DNA of 64,000 nucleotides from Syntrophobacter sp. SbD2 (GTDB lineage: Bacteria; Desulfobacterota; Binatia; UBA9968). Below are positions 61,172-64,000 of this stretch, in pieces. The notes below the pieces were generated by a model. The model saw only the letters and a list, made by a program, of their open reading frames with translations. It did no database searches and had not been told where the DNA came from. The first letter of the stretch is position 1. Every line of letters begins with the position of its first letter. The position numbers and the translations under genes were made by a program. The DNA lies in assembly GCA_945889495.1 (NCBI GenBank), contig CAMDBU010000003.1, positions 6,665-70,664 of the forward strand, given 5' to 3'.

Positions 61172-61918
61172 GTGAAAATCAGCAAAAAAGACACTGACGA
61201 ATTGAAACGCAAGGTTGCGCTCGGCAACCGCATCATGTTCCACCAAGGCCTGGCCGATTACCATGGCCATGTCAGCGCGCGCATTCCAGGCACGCGCAAG
61301 TTTTTTATCAAGCCGGTGCTCGCGCCGCTGGGCGAAGTGGAGCCCAGGCATATTATCGAAGTCGACATCGATCAGTACTTCGAAGTCTGCGAGGACAATT
61401 ACGCCAAGGCCGGCAACAAACGCAGCGTGACTAAAATCAAAAATCCGCCGCGGGAAACGATGATTCACGCGGCGATCTACAACGCCCGGCCGGATGTCAA
61501 TTCGGTGGTCCATACTCATCAGACCATCGCCACGGCGTTTTCCGTCGCTGGCACGCCGATCCTGCCGATCTATAACCAGGCCGCGGTGTTCGCCCCGGAA
61601 ACACCGATTTTCCCGAGCCCACGCTTGATCTATACCATGCGCGATGGCCGCGAGATCTGCGCCACCCTGCAAGACCGCATGGCGATGTTGCTCAAAGGCC
61701 ATGGCATTATTGTGTGTGGCGACAGCTTAGAATATGCTACGGTCCACGCGATTTACTTGGAGCGCACCGCCTACATGCAGTTCATCGCCAGCTGCGTCGG
61801 CAAGCCGTCGGTCATGCCCCAGGCTGAGATCGATTACATGAAAGAAAATATGATGTTCCGTTCCTACGATGCCTTCGCCTATTTTCGCTCGCAGTTGCCC
61901 AAAGGCGCCCGGCTGTAG
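61172..61918 (+). CDS. class II aldolase/adducin family protein
   Basis: 248 aa with the class II aldolase/adducin N-terminal-domain pattern …HGHVSARIPG…VVHTHQ…. Confidence 0.75.
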   Translation: MKISKKDTDELKRKVALGNRIMFHQGLADYHGHVSARIPGTRKFFIKPVLAPLGEVEPRHIIEVDIDQYFEVCEDNYAKAGNKRSVTKIKNPPRETMIHAAIYNARPDVNSVVHTHQTIATAFSVAGTPILPIYNQAAVFAPETPIFPSPRLIYTMRDGREICATLQDRMAMLLKGHGIIVCGDSLEYATVHAIYLERTAYMQFIASCVGKPSVMPQAEIDYMKENMMFRSYDAFAYFRSQLPKGARL

Positions 61919-61954
61919 GATTGAATTTATTAGTTAGAACTCTGGAGGATAACC

Positions 61955-63541
61955 ATGGCTAAGCAGCAAGCAAAAGTAACCGAGACCAAGAAACCGATCC
62001 AAGACCTGCGCGAGTGGTTGAGCCGCGTCGAAGCGCTGGGCGATCTAGTCCGGGTCAAGGACGCGGTGAGCTGCGACGAAGAAATGAGCGCCATCGGTTA
62101 TCTGGTCGCCAAACAGAAGCCCTCGCCAGCGATCCTGTTCGACAACATCAAGGGCTACGAAAAGAGTTTCTACAAGGCGCAATCTTTGTGGAATATCTTG
62201 GGCCCGAGCATCCCGCGCATCGCCTTGACCATGGAAGAACCCCATGACACGCCGACCGTGGAACTGATTCGGCGCACCAAAGACAAATTGAAAAACCGCA
62301 TGGCGCCGCGCGAAGTGCCGGCGGCCGAAGCGGCGATGTATCAGAACACGCTCACTGGCGACCAGATCGATCTCACCGAATTACCAATTCCACGCCACTG
62401 GCCGCTTGACGGTGGCCGTTATGCCGGCACCGCCGACTGCGTCATCACCCGCGATCCCGACAGCGGTTACTTGAACGTCGGCACCTACCGCATGATGCTG
62501 CAAGGCAAGAACGAATGCGGTCTCTATTTGTCCCCCGGCAAAGATGCGCGCTTGCACATCACCCGTTCCTGGCAGCAGGGCAAGCCGGTGGAGGTGGCGG
62601 CGGCCTGGGGCATCGATCCCTTGTTCATGGTGCTCGGTTCGCAAACTTTTCCGAAGAACGTTTCTGAGTATGAATACTTGGGCGGCATCAAGGGTGAGCC
62701 GATTCCGGTGGTCAAGGGCAAAACGACCAATTTGCTATTGCCAGCCAACGCCGAGTTCATGATCGAAGGTATCATCAAGCCCAACTCGGTCAGGAGCGAA
62801 GGCCCCTTCGGCGAATTCCCCGGCTACTACGGCCGCCCCGAAGCGGGCTGTCCGTTGGTCGAGATCACCGCGGTGCATTACCGCAACAATCCGATCCTGA
62901 CCAATGCCTTGATGGCGGACTATCCGTCCAACGAGCAGAGCGGCTTTTTCTCAATCATTCGCTCGGCACGCATTTGGGATGACATGGACAAGCTCGGCAT
63001 CCCCGGCATCCAAGGCGTCTACGCCCATCCGGCCGGCGCCGGCGGTTTCGGCATGACGGTGATCGCTCTCGAGCAGCGCTACGCCGGCCACGCCGCCCAG
63101 GCGCTCGCTTTGGCGGCCCAGGTGCCCGGCGGCGCCTATTACACCAAGTGGATCATCGCCGTCGACGAAGACGTCGACCCCACCGATATGGACCAGGTGA
63201 TCTGGGCCATGAGCAGCCGCTGCAATCCCATCGACGACATCGATATCCTGCGCAACACCTGGTCGACCTGGCTCGACCCGACGCAGAATCCGCCGGAGAA
63301 ACGTCCCTATGGTTCCAAGGCGTTGATCAACGCCTGTAAAGAACACCGTTACCTGCCGGTCTTCTCCAAGCGCACCGCGCTGCGCAAGGAGATGTACGAC
63401 AAGGTCGCCGGCGAGTGGAAGAAGCTCGGCTTGCCTGGGACCATTCCCGAGGTTCGCGCCTTCGAGGAAAAGAAGGACGTGGTATACCACGAAGTCGGCG
63501 GCTTCGAACCCGGCAAGCAGCCGGGGGAAGATAAGAAGTAG
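61955..63541 (+). CDS. UbiD-family (prFMN-dependent) decarboxylase, second copy
   Basis: …EGPFGEFPGYYG… UbiD signature; 528 aa; distinct paralogue of the 50911-52509 gene. Confidence 0.85.
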   Translation: MAKQQAKVTETKKPIQDLREWLSRVEALGDLVRVKDAVSCDEEMSAIGYLVAKQKPSPAILFDNIKGYEKSFYKAQSLWNILGPSIPRIALTMEEPHDTPTVELIRRTKDKLKNRMAPREVPAAEAAMYQNTLTGDQIDLTELPIPRHWPLDGGRYAGTADCVITRDPDSGYLNVGTYRMMLQGKNECGLYLSPGKDARLHITRSWQQGKPVEVAAAWGIDPLFMVLGSQTFPKNVSEYEYLGGIKGEPIPVVKGKTTNLLLPANAEFMIEGIIKPNSVRSEGPFGEFPGYYGRPEAGCPLVEITAVHYRNNPILTNALMADYPSNEQSGFFSIIRSARIWDDMDKLGIPGIQGVYAHPAGAGGFGMTVIALEQRYAGHAAQALALAAQVPGGAYYTKWIIAVDEDVDPTDMDQVIWAMSSRCNPIDDIDILRNTWSTWLDPTQNPPEKRPYGSKALINACKEHRYLPVFSKRTALRKEMYDKVAGEWKKLGLPGTIPEVRAFEEKKDVVYHEVGGFEPGKQPGEDKK

Positions 63542-63554
63542 TGGCTCCGGTCGG

Positions 63555-64000
63555 TTAAAAGAACAGCGTAATTGTGATGGTATCCGAGTAGGTACCGACT
63601 TTGACATTTTGCCCGGGCGGGATGCGGCCGAAGATCGGCAGGGTGATGTCGCGATTGTTGGGTTGCGGGTTGGTGATTTGAAACGCTTGGGTACCGCCAC
63701 TGCCATCGCCCCAAACAATGGTTCGCCCGGTATCTCGGTAGAGATTGTAAAATAGCTGCTGGCTACCATTGACCATACGTCGGGTCGAGAACGAGCTACC
63801 GCTGCCGCGGCTTAACGTGATCATCACGTTGTGGTCTTTCTGGTTGCACTGAAACACCAACGAGCCAATCGTATCCAACGGCGCCAAGCTCAAGGCGTCG
63901 TAGGTGCCAAAGGCCACCGAGGCCCCGCCTGAACTGCACGCCGCGCGCGCCCAACCTGGCTGGAGTAGGATCGCCCAAGTGACGATGACGATCGTTGCCA
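63555..64000 (-). CDS. spore coat protein U (SCPU)/Csu-type secreted pilin subunit, 5'-partial (the start lies beyond the window edge)
   Basis: signal peptide …TWAILLQPGWARAAC followed by a Gly/Ser/Thr-rich beta-strand protein (…AFGTYDALS…) as in SCPU-domain pilins; the frame is open to nt 64000. Confidence 0.6.
   Translation of the reverse strand, partial: ATIVIVTWAILLQPGWARAACSSGGASVAFGTYDALSLAPLDTIGSLVFQCNQKDHNVMITLSRGSGSSFSTRRMVNGSQQLFYNLYRDTGRTIVWGDGSGGTQAFQITNPQPNNRDITLPIFGRIPPGQNVKVGTYSDTITITLFF

Overview
High-GC (~65%) bacterial chromosomal segment with dense coding on both strands, no rRNA/tRNA genes, no CRISPR array, and no transposase or integrase. The housekeeping backbone is: a partial thioredoxin, a mreB-mreC-mreD-mrdA-rodA cell-shape operon (minus strand), a PpiD-like chaperone, lipB-lipA, an amidase, a TRAP dctPQM transporter (minus strand), glycolate oxidase glcD-glcF-glcE, the F1/stalk half of a split ATP synthase operon (atpF'-atpF-atpH-atpA-atpG-atpD-atpC with no a/c subunit genes), ileS, a 2-oxoacid dehydrogenase E2 and a hybrid histidine kinase. 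The accessory-looking part is a ~15 kb island (23.7-38.3 kb) carrying ten periplasmic substrate-binding protein (SBP) genes: seven of the NMT1/SsuA/TauA-like type and three family-1 Fe3+-type (two of these a tandem duplicate pair). None has a cognate permease or ATPase gene anywhere in the window. Scattered inside the island are a PqqC/TenA-like gene, an Ldh_2-family dehydrogenase, a cyclophilin, and a lower-GC DUF433/DUF5615 toxin-antitoxin pair whose toxin carries an in-frame amber stop. Other notable content: a bicupin gene immediately upstream of an EutA-like ASKHA protein with no eutBC; two UbiD-family decarboxylases (one preceded by a class II aldolase gene, one divergent from the hybrid kinase); a TauE/SafE exporter; a small HExxH protein immediately upstream of ileS; a lipoprotein-type SAM methyltransferase; a bactofilin; and a partial SCPU/Csu-type pilin at the 3' edge. 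Several intergenic regions carry strong hairpins or inverted repeats, including a 32-bp near-perfect inverted repeat (48037-48176) and repeat-built stem-loops inside the atp operon. Lineage cannot be fixed from sequence alone; the split atp operon with b/b' subunits and the orphan NMT1-type SBP expansion fit a Deltaproteobacteria/NC10/Rokubacteria-like organism, but that is a guess.
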